DNA of 58,422 nt from Gammaproteobacteria bacterium (GCA_011523765.1 WTGA01000170.1:1-58422); one strand, 5' to 3'. Positions 1 to 9,314 are shown, counted from the stretch's first letter. Made by a program: numbers and translations. Notes: generated by a model not told the origin, from the letters alone.

Positions 1-449
1 CACGGGGGGAGAATACGTTCCCGGCATCCGGGCACTGAGCCTTTCCGGACGACCTCCTAGATGCCAAGGAGTTGGGCCCTACAGCGTGTCGCAGTTGTGC
101 ACCGGGACATGGGGTACCGGGACCGTATTTTCCGGCATCCCGTCCGGCAACAATGGCGAATGGCATCAATCGGCACACGGTGTTTCGGTTCACCATACAA
201 ACTGTTTGACATGGAAGCTTCCAATACCACCTCTTTAACCTCATGTGTAGTCTAACCAACCTGCCCCGTGAAATCCAATCGCCCGGACATTTTGCCACCA
301 TTCAATGCGGAAAATTTTCATTTCGGTTCGCATTGCAGGGGAAGGAGCCGGGGGCTTGGCCGTGACAGGGAACCGGATCTGGTATAACTTGGTGCCTGTA
401 CAGAATTCGACCGGCTGACATGAACCTGGAATCCTGTATAACGACCGTC

Positions 450-1138
450 ATGAGAGCCAGTGGCTGACCATTTTACTCTCTTTGCTGGTCATGCTGGCCC
501 TGGCCTCGGGTGCCCGGCACTTGGTCCTGCTGGTCGGTCGGTGACCTGAATAACCTCATCGACGATGACCGGTCCGCAACGCGCTAACGGTCGTTCTGAG
601 CAGCTTGTCTGGCAAGGAAAAGATTGAACTCGACAATCGAGCCCGGCTCCGGAAACCGCGGCCACCGGCGTTTCGGTGGTCGGGGCCCATTCGATTCAAC
701 GGAATATCGAAGGCAGGTTGCTCGGTATCATTGTGGCGATGGGTCTGTGGGGGGATGTGGTCGGCGAGGCTGGCGTGGCGGCGCCGGTGGTCACGGCCAT
801 CGCATTCGGCATCATCGTGGACGATACGATCCACTTCATGACCAAGTACATGAGGCCAGAAAGAGCGGGCGGCTACCGTCCGAGCCTGTTCAATCCTCCT
901 TTCGTTCGGTGGGCAAGGCGCTGATGACGACCACCGTCGTGTCCAGGTTGGGATTCATGGTGTTCGGAGCATCGGGGGGATGGAGACCAACCAGGCCCTC
1001 GGCCTGCTCGTGGGAATTACAGTGATCCTGGCTCTTGTGGCCGATTTCCTGTTTCTTCCACCGCTCCTGATGGTGCTCGACGGGAACAGGGAAACGGCGG
1101 GGGAGATCAGGGAGCGACTGCGGCGGTCAACGGAATAG
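450..1138 (+). pseudogene. Remnant of an RND-superfamily (MMPL/SSD-type) exporter gene, frameshifted and internally deleted
   Basis: N-terminal TM piece MRAS/WLTILLSLLVMLALASGARHL has a frame break at codon 4 and a stop near 541. C-terminal family-like segments lie in three different frames: AFGIIVDDTIHFMTKY (frame of ORF 676), SFRSVGKALMTTTVVSRLGFMVFGAS (frame of ORF 624) and GITVILALVADFLFLPPLLMVLD, ending at TAG 1136-1138. Only about 230 codons remain of a family that I recall as 750-850 aa. Confidence 0.5.
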
Positions 1139-1188
1139 GCCCGGAAGATGCGGCGGCATGGTCCGATGCGACCCGAGGGGTACCGGGA

Positions 1189-1872
1189 CTAACTGTGGCC
1201 CAGCAGATCTTTTTTGGCCTGGTTCAGATGACGGACCATGAGATTGGAAGATCTTTCCATATCCCGCCGGATGATGGATTTTACCAGTTCGCTGTGCTGG
1301 TGGTTGTAATAGGCGATTTTCTCGGCCGTCAGGATGTTGTGCTTCCGGTGACTCCACTGGGTATGGCTCCGGATATCATTGATTCGTTTGTACATCCAGA
1401 TGAGCAGGGGGTTCTGGGAGCAGTGGGCCAGCACCAGATGAAAGGCCTCATCGGCCAGTGAGAAGCTGTTGGCATCCTGCCGGGCATTGACAACGTTGTC
1501 CAGCGCCACCTCGAGTTTCTGGAGTTCACGATGGTTGGCGTTGGAGACGACCAGCTTGACAATGTGGGGTTCGATGGCCAGACGGGTTTCAATCAGTTCC
1601 AGGGGGCTGGTTTCTTCCGCGATGTTCTGCTGTTCAAACTTGCTGTCGTAGGTGACAAAGGTCCCGCTGCCGAATTTCTTTCGAACAAAGCTGGCGTGTT
1701 CAAGTTGGTCGAGTGCAGCCCGTACCGTCCCCCGGGCGACCGTGTATTGCCTGGCCAGGTCCCGTTCGGAGGGCAACCGCTGGTTGAACACGTAGTCCCC
1801 GTTGATGATGGCTGTGCGCAACCGGTTGAAGATTTTACCGGACCCCTTCGGGGTCTGTATGTCTGTTTCCAT
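1189..1872 (-). CDS. GntR-family transcriptional regulator (FadR/FCD subfamily)
   Basis: 227-aa ORF. N-terminal winged-helix GntR signature (LPSERDLARQYTVARGTVRAALDQLE) is followed by an all-helical FCD-type C-terminal domain. It is divergent from the NMG-pathway genes. Confidence 0.85.
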   Translation of the reverse strand: METDIQTPKGSGKIFNRLRTAIINGDYVFNQRLPSERDLARQYTVARGTVRAALDQLEHASFVRKKFGSGTFVTYDSKFEQQNIAEETSPLELIETRLAIEPHIVKLVVSNANHRELQKLEVALDNVVNARQDANSFSLADEAFHLVLAHCSQNPLLIWMYKRINDIRSHTQWSHRKHNILTAEKIAYYNHQHSELVKSIIRRDMERSSNLMVRHLNQAKKDLLGHS

Positions 1873-1882
1873 GCAATAAAAT

Positions 1883-2033
1883 TTTATGGTTTATTTATGG
1901 TCTACCAAATATAGGGGAAACGAATAATTTGGTATTGATTGCAATGGCTCTTTAATGTTTTACTTCGGTTATTCAAAATAATTCAGAAAATGGTATAAGT
2001 AAATAATGAGAAAAACACACCAATTTTATACCA
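1883..2033. promoter_or_regulatory. Candidate GntR-type operator half-sites in the AT-rich divergent promoter region
   Basis: TGGTCTACCA dyad at 1898-1907, 26 nt upstream of the gntR ATG. TTTATGGT direct repeat at 1883 and 1893. TTGGTATT at 1929-1936. TGGTATA (1991-1997) faces TATACCA (2027-2033). The GT..AC cores fit the general GntR operator pattern. Confidence 0.35.
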
Positions 2034-2064
2034 TCAAACTGCAGCTTTGACAAGAAAGTAAAAA

Positions 2065-3405
2065 ATGACATTACCGCAATACAGCAAATATCTCATTATC
2101 GGGGCCGGTATTCATGGTTTGAGTACGGCTTATCACCTTGCACTGGAACTGAAGGCCAGGGGAAAAGGCGGCGGGAAGGACATTGTTGTGCTGGACAAGA
2201 CATCTATCGGTGCCGGTGCATCGGGAATTGCCTGCGGGGTGGTCAGGAACAATTATTTCCAGCCGGCCATGCGTGAGTTGATGGTGCAATGTGTGGAAGT
2301 CTGGGAAAGTGATTCCCGGGCCTACAGCTACCATCCCGTGGGTTACATGCAGATCAGTCCCGACATCATGTTCGATGATGTGGCATCCATTGCGGCACAG
2401 CAAAGGGATATCGGATATGAGTCCGTATTCATCGAAGGCGAAAAAGCGTCCATGCAGTACATGCAGGGGCTCTTTCATGACTGGCAGGCAAAAGGCATTA
2501 CCTCGGTGCTCCATGAGAAAAGAGGGGGATTTGCCAACAACACCAAGTCGCTGTACGGATTGGCCGGCAAGGCCGAGGCGGAAGGTGTGCGCATTCTGAC
2601 CGGTGTAGCAGTGACCGGTTTCCATTCGGATGACGGGAGCGACAACATCAAGGAGGTAGTCACCTCCAGGGGCAACATAGCCTGTGACCAGTTGATTGTG
2701 GCACCCGGGCCCTGGGCGAAGACCCTCTGGGACATGCTTGAATTGCCCAGGACCGTCGACATCAGGACCAATGGTACAATGCACAAGGATATTCCCATGT
2801 GGGTGTACTGGTCACTGCAGGAAGGGACACTGGGAGTGGACCCGAAGATGCAGAAAACCAATGATGGCGGGATGCCCCCCGTGATTCATGTGGACTCGGA
2901 CGCGCCGTTGTATTCGGATGTGGATGGTGAGCTGATCACCGATGAAATGTGGGGAATCTATTACAAACCGGATTTTCATTTTAACGGTATCCAGGGCGGG
3001 GCGGCACCGTTCAAGGTGGAAACCTGTCCGGATGAGGTGGCAGTCGACCCGTACGGGGTCGATTCCCCTGAATTTATCGTGGGCGACAAATTTGCCCACA
3101 TGTGGACCTCCGCCCTGGCACATTGCCAGAAGCGCTTCGAGGGCCAGATGCCCAAATACAATAATGAGCCATCAGGAGGAATTGGCTCGTTTACACCGGA
3201 CAGCTTTCCGGTATTTGATATCTTTCGTGAAAACTGCTATTTTATCGCCGATTCCAACCATGGCTACAAGATGATAGGCGTAGGGAAACTTGTTGCCGGA
3301 GAGTTGGTGGGTTCCAACAGTTTGCTGTTGGAACCTTTTCGTTTTTCACGTTATATTGAAGGCAAGTTACATCCCGTCTCAAACAGCCCTTTCCCTTGGA
3401 GCTGA
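2065..3405 (+). CDS. FAD-dependent oxidoreductase, sarcosine-oxidase-beta (SoxB)/MgdA-like
   Basis: 446-aa ORF. N-terminal dinucleotide-binding fold IIGAGIHGLSTAYHLA is followed by GAGASGIACGVVRNNY, resembling the SoxB/DAO family. It lies immediately upstream of gmaS on the same strand. Confidence 0.8.
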   Translation: MTLPQYSKYLIIGAGIHGLSTAYHLALELKARGKGGGKDIVVLDKTSIGAGASGIACGVVRNNYFQPAMRELMVQCVEVWESDSRAYSYHPVGYMQISPDIMFDDVASIAAQQRDIGYESVFIEGEKASMQYMQGLFHDWQAKGITSVLHEKRGGFANNTKSLYGLAGKAEAEGVRILTGVAVTGFHSDDGSDNIKEVVTSRGNIACDQLIVAPGPWAKTLWDMLELPRTVDIRTNGTMHKDIPMWVYWSLQEGTLGVDPKMQKTNDGGMPPVIHVDSDAPLYSDVDGELITDEMWGIYYKPDFHFNGIQGGAAPFKVETCPDEVAVDPYGVDSPEFIVGDKFAHMWTSALAHCQKRFEGQMPKYNNEPSGGIGSFTPDSFPVFDIFRENCYFIADSNHGYKMIGVGKLVAGELVGSNSLLLEPFRFSRYIEGKLHPVSNSPFPWS

Positions 3406-3472
3406 AGTCCCAGAATGGAACTGTCCTGAATGCGCAAACACCACACCTTTTATTGTCAATTGGAGAACTACC

Positions 3473-5008
3473 ATGGCTGAAACGACCCCCCCCCAGAATC
3501 ATACCGGTACCAAACGTTCTACGAGCCGGGTACAAACGTCTACAGACCTGGAGCGATGTGTCAACGCTCCGGGCCGTGCCGAGTTGGTGAAGCAGGTCCG
3601 TGAGAAAATCAATGAAATGGGCATCACCTATATCTATTTCCAGTTTATATCCGTAACCGGTCGAATCGTCGGCAAGGGGATTCCGGCGGACCATTGGGAA
3701 CGTATTGCCGAACGCGGTTTCCAGCTGGTTTACGGCTCAACCGCGAACCTGTTTATCGACCGCCACGGAGATTACATTGGCTATGGCCCTGAAGCATCGG
3801 AACTGGTCGGGATTGCAGACCCGGAAACCTTTGCCCAATTGCCGTGGGACAAACGGATTGGACGGGTCTACTGTACGTGTTATCGCAACCGCGAAGAGCG
3901 TGTCGACCCTGGTGCCCACCTCACTTCGGATTGCCGTGGAAACCTGAAGATTATCCACGAGGAGTTTGAGCAGAAGCACAACATGCATTTGCGTGCGGGT
4001 ACCGAACCTGAAATGATGTGGCTCAAGCTGGACGAGGATCGGCAACTGAAAGGGGGGGTGACCAAACCCAACTGTTACCACATCGACCAGTTTGAGGAAC
4101 TCCGGCCGGCATTCATGCAGGCCATCGAGTACGGCCAGCAGATGGGTCTCGACATGATCCAGGGTGATCATGAGGATGCGCCCGGCCAGCTGGAACTGAA
4201 CTGGATGTTCGATGATGTGGTGCGCAACTCCGATCGATTGACGACCTACCGCCAAATCTGTGCCCAGGTTGCCCGGGAAAAAGGACTGCATGCCTGCTTT
4301 ATGTCGAAGCCGTTCATGAACGTTTCCGCTTCCGGCTGCCACCACAATCTTTCCCTGTGGTCCGGGGGGGAGGACAAGGTGAACAAATTGCACCTGGAAA
4401 CCTTGCCCGGACTCGATGGGGTATTCTCGTATCGGGAAGGCGGGACCAACCATTTCCTACCTGACCCGGAGATTGATGCGGTCAAGCCCGGCCCGGTCGG
4501 CTTGCAGTCCATCGGGGGGGTGATCGAACATCTGGGGGCATTGACCTCGATCGGTTCATCCACCGTGAATTCTTACCGGCGGTTGTGGGATACCGGTTTC
4601 TGGGCTCCCGTCTTCGCGGACTGGGGATTCCAGAACCGGACCTGTGCATTGCGGGTCTCTGCGCCAGGCCGGTTTGAATACCGTTCCGTGGATTCCATGG
4701 TGAATCCTTACCTGATGGGCAGCGCACTGCTCAAGGCATTCGATGACGGAATATCACGCAATCTTGATCCCGGTGAACCGGAAGAGAGAAATATCTACCA
4801 GGCCATGGAAGCGGGCAAGCTGGTCAAGAAACTTCCGATGACGCTGGGAGATGCCCTGGAGGCGCTTGCGAAGGACGAAGTGATCCGGTCTTCCATGCCC
4901 GGTGAAATGTACAAGGTGTACAGCCATTACAAGGGCGACGAATGGGAGCGATTCAACCATTCGGTTTCTGACTGGGACCTGGAAAATTACCTGGATTGCC
5001 TGCCATAG
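3473..5008 (+). CDS. gmaS: Gamma-glutamylmethylamide synthetase (glutamine-synthetase-family ligase)
   Basis: ORF 3290-5008 trimmed to ATG 3473 (GGAGA 6 nt upstream). Glutamine synthetase catalytic-domain motifs are present: EPEMMW, DHEDAPGQLELN, SGCHHNLSLW, NSYRRL, NRTCALRV. It sits directly upstream of mgsABC, as in described NMG clusters. Confidence 0.8.
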   Translation: MAETTPPQNHTGTKRSTSRVQTSTDLERCVNAPGRAELVKQVREKINEMGITYIYFQFISVTGRIVGKGIPADHWERIAERGFQLVYGSTANLFIDRHGDYIGYGPEASELVGIADPETFAQLPWDKRIGRVYCTCYRNREERVDPGAHLTSDCRGNLKIIHEEFEQKHNMHLRAGTEPEMMWLKLDEDRQLKGGVTKPNCYHIDQFEELRPAFMQAIEYGQQMGLDMIQGDHEDAPGQLELNWMFDDVVRNSDRLTTYRQICAQVAREKGLHACFMSKPFMNVSASGCHHNLSLWSGGEDKVNKLHLETLPGLDGVFSYREGGTNHFLPDPEIDAVKPGPVGLQSIGGVIEHLGALTSIGSSTVNSYRRLWDTGFWAPVFADWGFQNRTCALRVSAPGRFEYRSVDSMVNPYLMGSALLKAFDDGISRNLDPGEPEERNIYQAMEAGKLVKKLPMTLGDALEALAKDEVIRSSMPGEMYKVYSHYKGDEWERFNHSVSDWDLENYLDCLP

Positions 5009-5106
5009 CCGACTTCCCGGTTCTGGCAGGTATAGGTGGTTTGGCGGACTGGTGGCCAGTTCCGGCGAGCCGGTATCTATCAATCTAAACGACGAGGAAT
5101 TACAGA

Positions 5107-6042
5107 ATGTGCGGGATTGCTGGACTTATTCATCGCAATGGCAGCTCGGATATCGGATCGGAAATGACGGCCATGCTTCAGTCGCTGAAGCACCGCGGGC
5201 CGGACTCCACCGGATTTGCGCTCTACGGAAGGCCCACGGAGAACCAGTGCATCATGCGTTTCAAGGTGGCGGAACAGGAAGAGATGAAAAACGGATTTGA
5301 AATCCGTCAACAGGTCATTGAACGACAAAAGGAAGTGGACCACCGGCTGGAAACACTGGGTGCCCGGGTGACCCTCCGCGAGGATGCGACAGAATATTCT
5401 CATCGCTATGTGTTTTCTTTCGATGGTGACATGCGCCGGCTCGCGGATTATGTCGAAGATATCGAGGGCGTGGAAATTCTGTCCATCGGTGCGGGACTGG
5501 AGCTGATCAAGGACTTGGGGGATGCAACGACGGTCTCCGGACAGTACAGCCTGTCCGGGTTTGAGGGCACTCACGGCATTGGGCATACGCGAATGGCGAC
5601 CGAATCCGATGTGGATATTCGTTCGGCGCACCCGTATTGGGCGTATCCATTCAATGATGTGTCCGTGGTGCACAATGGACAGCTGACCAACTACTGGACA
5701 TTCCGGCGTGAAATGGAAAGAAAAGGACATCGATTCATGTCCAACTGCGATTCCGAACTGATTGCGGTCTATATCGCGGACCGCATCCAGGAAGGGGATG
5801 ACCTGGAAACCGCCATGGTGAGTTCTGTCGAAGAGCTCGATGGCGTGTTTACCTATCTCGTTGCAACCAGCGACAAGCTGGGGATGGCCAAGGATGTCAT
5901 GGCCGCCAAACCGATGGTGTTGTATGAAAGCGATGAGTTTGTCGGCCTGGCATCCGAGGAGGTGGCCATTCGCAGTATCTTTCCAAGCGAAATTGAAACC
6001 TGGGACCCATATCACGGGGAGGTAAAAGTATGGCAGGTATAG
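5107..6042 (+). CDS. mgsA: N-methylglutamate synthase subunit A (class-II glutamine amidotransferase-like)
   Basis: 311 aa beginning MCGIAG (Ntn-type catalytic Cys2). GAGGAA lies 7 nt upstream of the ATG. Confidence 0.85.
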   Translation: MCGIAGLIHRNGSSDIGSEMTAMLQSLKHRGPDSTGFALYGRPTENQCIMRFKVAEQEEMKNGFEIRQQVIERQKEVDHRLETLGARVTLREDATEYSHRYVFSFDGDMRRLADYVEDIEGVEILSIGAGLELIKDLGDATTVSGQYSLSGFEGTHGIGHTRMATESDVDIRSAHPYWAYPFNDVSVVHNGQLTNYWTFRREMERKGHRFMSNCDSELIAVYIADRIQEGDDLETAMVSSVEELDGVFTYLVATSDKLGMAKDVMAAKPMVLYESDEFVGLASEEVAIRSIFPSEIETWDPYHGEVKVWQV

Positions 6043-6869
6043 AACACAGGTCTCACGACATGGGGTTGCATGTCGAGCAACTGACCGGGCGGACACAGCA
6101 ACGGTTCTTTAGCGCAACCGAAGAAGAAAACTTCATGTACCCCTGGTCCTTTGAAGTGGATTTTGAAAAGAGCGCGGAGTTCGATGCCGAGGCGATGACG
6201 TCGACACAAATCAATCTGAGGATCCGGGAACTGATGCAGGATGGGGTCGGTTCCATCACGGTCAGGAATCCCAGAGCAAAACACGGGGTGGGGGTGGGAA
6301 TCTTGAATCGCCTGAACCTCCGGTTTGAGGGCAGCCTCGGGTATTTCGGCTGTGGTCTGATTGATGGCCCGAATATCCAGATCAGCGGACGGGTCGGGTG
6401 GTCCTGTGCCGAGAACATGATGGCGGGGACAGTCGTCATTGAACACAATGCCGGGTCGACATTCGGGGCCGCGATCCGCGGCGGTGACCTGGTTTGCCGC
6501 GGGGATGTGGGATCGCGCACGGGGATTGACCAGAAAGGCGGAACGATCATCGTCGGGGGCCGGACCGGTGCATTTTCCGGTTTCATGATGCAGCGGGGCC
6601 GCATGGTCATCTGCGGCGATGCGGGCAAGAATCTGGGCGACTCCATGTATGACGGGACCATCTACGTGGGCGGAGAAGTGGAAGACCTGGGAGTCGACTG
6701 TGTGCCGGGTGAAATGAACGATACGGATCTCAAATGGCTGACTGAAAAGCTGGCCAGGTATGATATCTCACCCGCATGCGGCGTCGAGAACATGAAAAAG
6801 TTCGTGGCCGGCAAGCAATTGTGGAACTACGACAATCTCGAACCCAGTGAAAAGAAACTGGTGCTTTGA
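6030..6869 (+). CDS. mgsB: N-methylglutamate synthase subunit B (GXGXG beta-helix domain, GltB C-terminal-like)
   Basis: ATG 6030 with GGAGG 8 nt upstream and a 13-nt overlap with mgsA. Repeated GXGXG motifs: GAAIRGGDLVCRGDVGSRTG, GGTIIVGGRTGAFSG, RGRMVICGDAGKNLG. A later start at 6135 is possible. Confidence 0.8.
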   Translation: MAGIEHRSHDMGLHVEQLTGRTQQRFFSATEEENFMYPWSFEVDFEKSAEFDAEAMTSTQINLRIRELMQDGVGSITVRNPRAKHGVGVGILNRLNLRFEGSLGYFGCGLIDGPNIQISGRVGWSCAENMMAGTVVIEHNAGSTFGAAIRGGDLVCRGDVGSRTGIDQKGGTIIVGGRTGAFSGFMMQRGRMVICGDAGKNLGDSMYDGTIYVGGEVEDLGVDCVPGEMNDTDLKWLTEKLARYDISPACGVENMKKFVAGKQLWNYDNLEPSEKKLVL

Positions 6870-6905
6870 TTTTACCCTGTAACGATATTCGAGAGGATTA
6901 AAGGC

Positions 6906-8246
6906 ATGTCTAAAGTGAATCGAGACACCAATAAACTGGGTAACAGTTTCATATTCCCGCCGGAGGTGATTGATGACATCCACATCAAGTCTGAACTGGG
7001 ACGCTATCGTATGCGAGGATTTTCCCTGTTCAAGAAAATACCGACCTGGGATGATTTGACGTTCATGCCGGGCACCTTGACCCGGTTTGTGATTGAGGGG
7101 TACCGGGAGAAGTGCTTGACGGAAACCGTGATCGGGCCCAAGGCAAAGAGACCCCTGGTGCTGGATATCCCGGTCTATGTGACGGGCATGAGTTTTGGTG
7201 CCCTGTCCTACGAAGCCAAGACGGCCCTGGCTCGAGGTGCGACCATGGCCGGAACCGCGACCTGTTCCGGAGAGGGCGGCATGATCCCGGATGAGCGCCG
7301 TTATTCGGAAAAATGGATGTATCAGTGCATTCAGTCCCGGTACGGATTTAACCCCAATCACCTCAGGCTTGCCGACTGTGTCGAGTTTTTCATTGGCCAG
7401 GGCTGCAAGGTTGGTCTGGGAGGGCATCTGATGGGCCAAAAGGTGACCGATCAGGTGGCCGAAATGCGGTCGTTGCCGGCAGGGATTGACCAGCGCTCCC
7501 CCGCACGCCACCCCGACTGGCTGGGGCCGGATGACCTGGCCCTGAAAATCGACGAGATTCGTGAGGCCACCAACGGCGAAATCCCGATCCAGCTGAAGCT
7601 GGGGGCCGCACGCGTGTACGACGATGTCAGAATGGCGGCCAAAACGGGTCCGGATTCCATTTACATGGACGGGATGGAAGGCGGGACGGGCGCCGGCCCC
7701 CATCTCGCAACCGAGGAAACCGGCGTACCGGGGATTGCAGCCATTCGCCAGGCTCGCCGTGCACTCGAGGATGTCGGGAAATCGGGGGAAATCTCGCTGG
7801 TCTATGCCGGCGGAATCCGAAATGGCGGGGATGTGGCCAAGGCCCTGGCACTCGGTGCTGATGCGGTCGCAATCGGACATTCCGTATTGATGGCCTTGAA
7901 CTGCAACAAGGCGATTCCCGAAGCGGACTTCGAAAAGGAGATGGGCGTGGAAGCCGGGCATTGCTACCACTGCCATACCGGACGCTGCCCGGTGGGGGTT
8001 GCGACGCAGGACCCGGTTTTGCGCAAGCGTTTGAATCCGGATGAAGCCGCCGAGCGGGTTTACAATTTCCTCCATACCCTGACCATCGAAGCGCAGATGC
8101 TGGCCCGGGCCTGCGGGAAAACCAACGTGCATTCCCTGGAACCTGAAGATCTGGCTGCGTTAACCATGGAAGCCTCCGCGTTGGCCCAGGTTCCGCTTGC
8201 AGGCACCCAGTATACGGTGGGACGGCCCGACATGACACGATTCTAG
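6906..8246 (+). CDS. mgsC: N-methylglutamate synthase subunit C (FMN-dependent glutamate-synthase domain-2-like)
   Basis: 446 aa. Motifs GMSFGALS, SGEGG, MDGMEGGTGA, VYAGGIRNGGDVAKALALGADAVAIG and CHTGRCPVGVATQDP are typical of the GltB FMN/Fe-S domain. Confidence 0.85.
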   Translation: MSKVNRDTNKLGNSFIFPPEVIDDIHIKSELGRYRMRGFSLFKKIPTWDDLTFMPGTLTRFVIEGYREKCLTETVIGPKAKRPLVLDIPVYVTGMSFGALSYEAKTALARGATMAGTATCSGEGGMIPDERRYSEKWMYQCIQSRYGFNPNHLRLADCVEFFIGQGCKVGLGGHLMGQKVTDQVAEMRSLPAGIDQRSPARHPDWLGPDDLALKIDEIREATNGEIPIQLKLGAARVYDDVRMAAKTGPDSIYMDGMEGGTGAGPHLATEETGVPGIAAIRQARRALEDVGKSGEISLVYAGGIRNGGDVAKALALGADAVAIGHSVLMALNCNKAIPEADFEKEMGVEAGHCYHCHTGRCPVGVATQDPVLRKRLNPDEAAERVYNFLHTLTIEAQMLARACGKTNVHSLEPEDLAALTMEASALAQVPLAGTQYTVGRPDMTRF

Positions 8247-8258
8247 GAGGTGATATCC

Positions 8259-8645
8259 ATGAGCAAAGCAGACATAGATCAATTCATTGATTCCGACGGG
8301 CTGGATACGGACCGTGAAAAGGATATCGGTCAGCACATCGGGTACCGATATGATGTGAATCTGGTGCCGGACCTGGACCGATGTCCTGCGTTTCTCCGGA
8401 AGTACATGGAGTTCATGGGCTGGGACGACCTGAACTGGCTTGAAGATGTCCACATGGGATATGAAGAAGGCCGACCGGCCGTTTTTGATCGAAATATCAA
8501 CGGGTGGGTGCAGGTGCCGGAGGATATGGAACTGCCGGATAACCAGCAGGACCGGGACATGATCGCCCGGGAGTTGCTCGTCAAGTTCCAGATGTCGAAG
8601 TCCCATCCCATGGTTGACCTGATGGGCGCTTACCGAAAATTCTGA
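8259..8645 (+). CDS. Hypothetical acidic protein (128 aa), closely coupled to mgsC
   Basis: ATG 8259 with GGAGG 8 nt upstream, 12 nt after the mgsC stop. The ORF-track start is GTG 8250. The protein is Asp/Glu- and Trp-rich, with codon usage like its neighbours. I recognise no family. Confidence 0.55.
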   Translation: MSKADIDQFIDSDGLDTDREKDIGQHIGYRYDVNLVPDLDRCPAFLRKYMEFMGWDDLNWLEDVHMGYEEGRPAVFDRNINGWVQVPEDMELPDNQQDRDMIARELLVKFQMSKSHPMVDLMGAYRKF

Positions 8646-8744
8646 CTCATTTTGTTCTTTCCGGTCACCGGCGCATTCCTTCGGGGATAGCTCCGGTTCT
8701 TCGACGCGGGACGGACGGGATACCCTGATCCAATCTTCTCGCAA

Positions 8745-9305
8745 ATGACATTGGTTTCCTCTGCCCGGGATCTTCAACATGAGTTTATCGCCTGGCAATG
8801 CCGGATCAGGCAGTATGCGGTTCGCAGGAACGAAGGCCGTCCCTCGTCCGGGATGCGACCCGAATTGTGGTTGAGAGACCAGGCATCCGGACCGGTGAAC
8901 GTGCTGGTCGTCCGGTCGGATAGCGAAGCAGTCACCCGTGAATTCCGATACATGGTTCAAAAAACCCAGGACCCGCAGGACCGGTATTCCAGTGCCATCC
9001 GGTTTCTTTCCGAATGTTACTACCGAAATCCCCGGGATTTCGATGAGGAACTGACCGGAATTTTTCCTGTTGACAGCGAGCTGGCCGACCAGATGGCAGC
9101 GGAAGCCCGGTGCCGGCTGGATTTTGACCAGGGAAATCAACAGTATACACTTCATTGCCGTACACGTTTGATCGGTCAAAGTGATTGGAAATACCAAACT
9201 TCCTACTGGCACAATCGCCTGTTCAATTCGTCCATGCCCGGAGTGGTCAAGGTGGTAGGATTCAAGCCGGACTGGACATTGTCTGCTTTCCACTCGGAAA
9301 GCTGA
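8745..9305 (+). CDS. Hypothetical protein (186 aa)
   Basis: Same strand as mgsC and pdxJ, with its stop 9 nt before the pdxJ ATG. Amino-acid composition is balanced and no clear SD is present. I recognise no family. The competing antisense ORF 8160-9635 also runs antisense through pdxJ and mgsC, so I judge it spurious. Confidence 0.55.
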   Translation: MTLVSSARDLQHEFIAWQCRIRQYAVRRNEGRPSSGMRPELWLRDQASGPVNVLVVRSDSEAVTREFRYMVQKTQDPQDRYSSAIRFLSECYYRNPRDFDEELTGIFPVDSELADQMAAEARCRLDFDQGNQQYTLHCRTRLIGQSDWKYQTSYWHNRLFNSSMPGVVKVVGFKPDWTLSAFHSES

Positions 9306-9314
9306 GCATCCGCG

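Noticed and set aside
61-255. 64-aa ORF and other open frames in the first 450 bp, including frames that run off the left edge
   Set aside because: No recognisable motifs or SD are present, and the composition is not protein-like. The region may hold further relics next to the RND pseudogene, but I cannot support a call.
1929-1943. TTGGTATTGATTGCA as a possible sigma-54 (-24/-12) promoter for the NMG operon
   Set aside because: The GG-to-GC spacing is 10 nt instead of the 12 nt required by the TGGCAC-N5-TTGC consensus.
3290-3472. N-terminal extensions offered by the ORF track: gmaS from 3290, MFS from 27451, Rieske oxygenase from 49124, oxoprolinase from 31871, SBP from 23969, tmoX from 14508
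   Set aside because: The extensions overlap the preceding gene or are non-protein-like. They lack an SD and remove or bury signal peptides. Internal ATG/GTG starts with SD sequences give family-typical N-termini.
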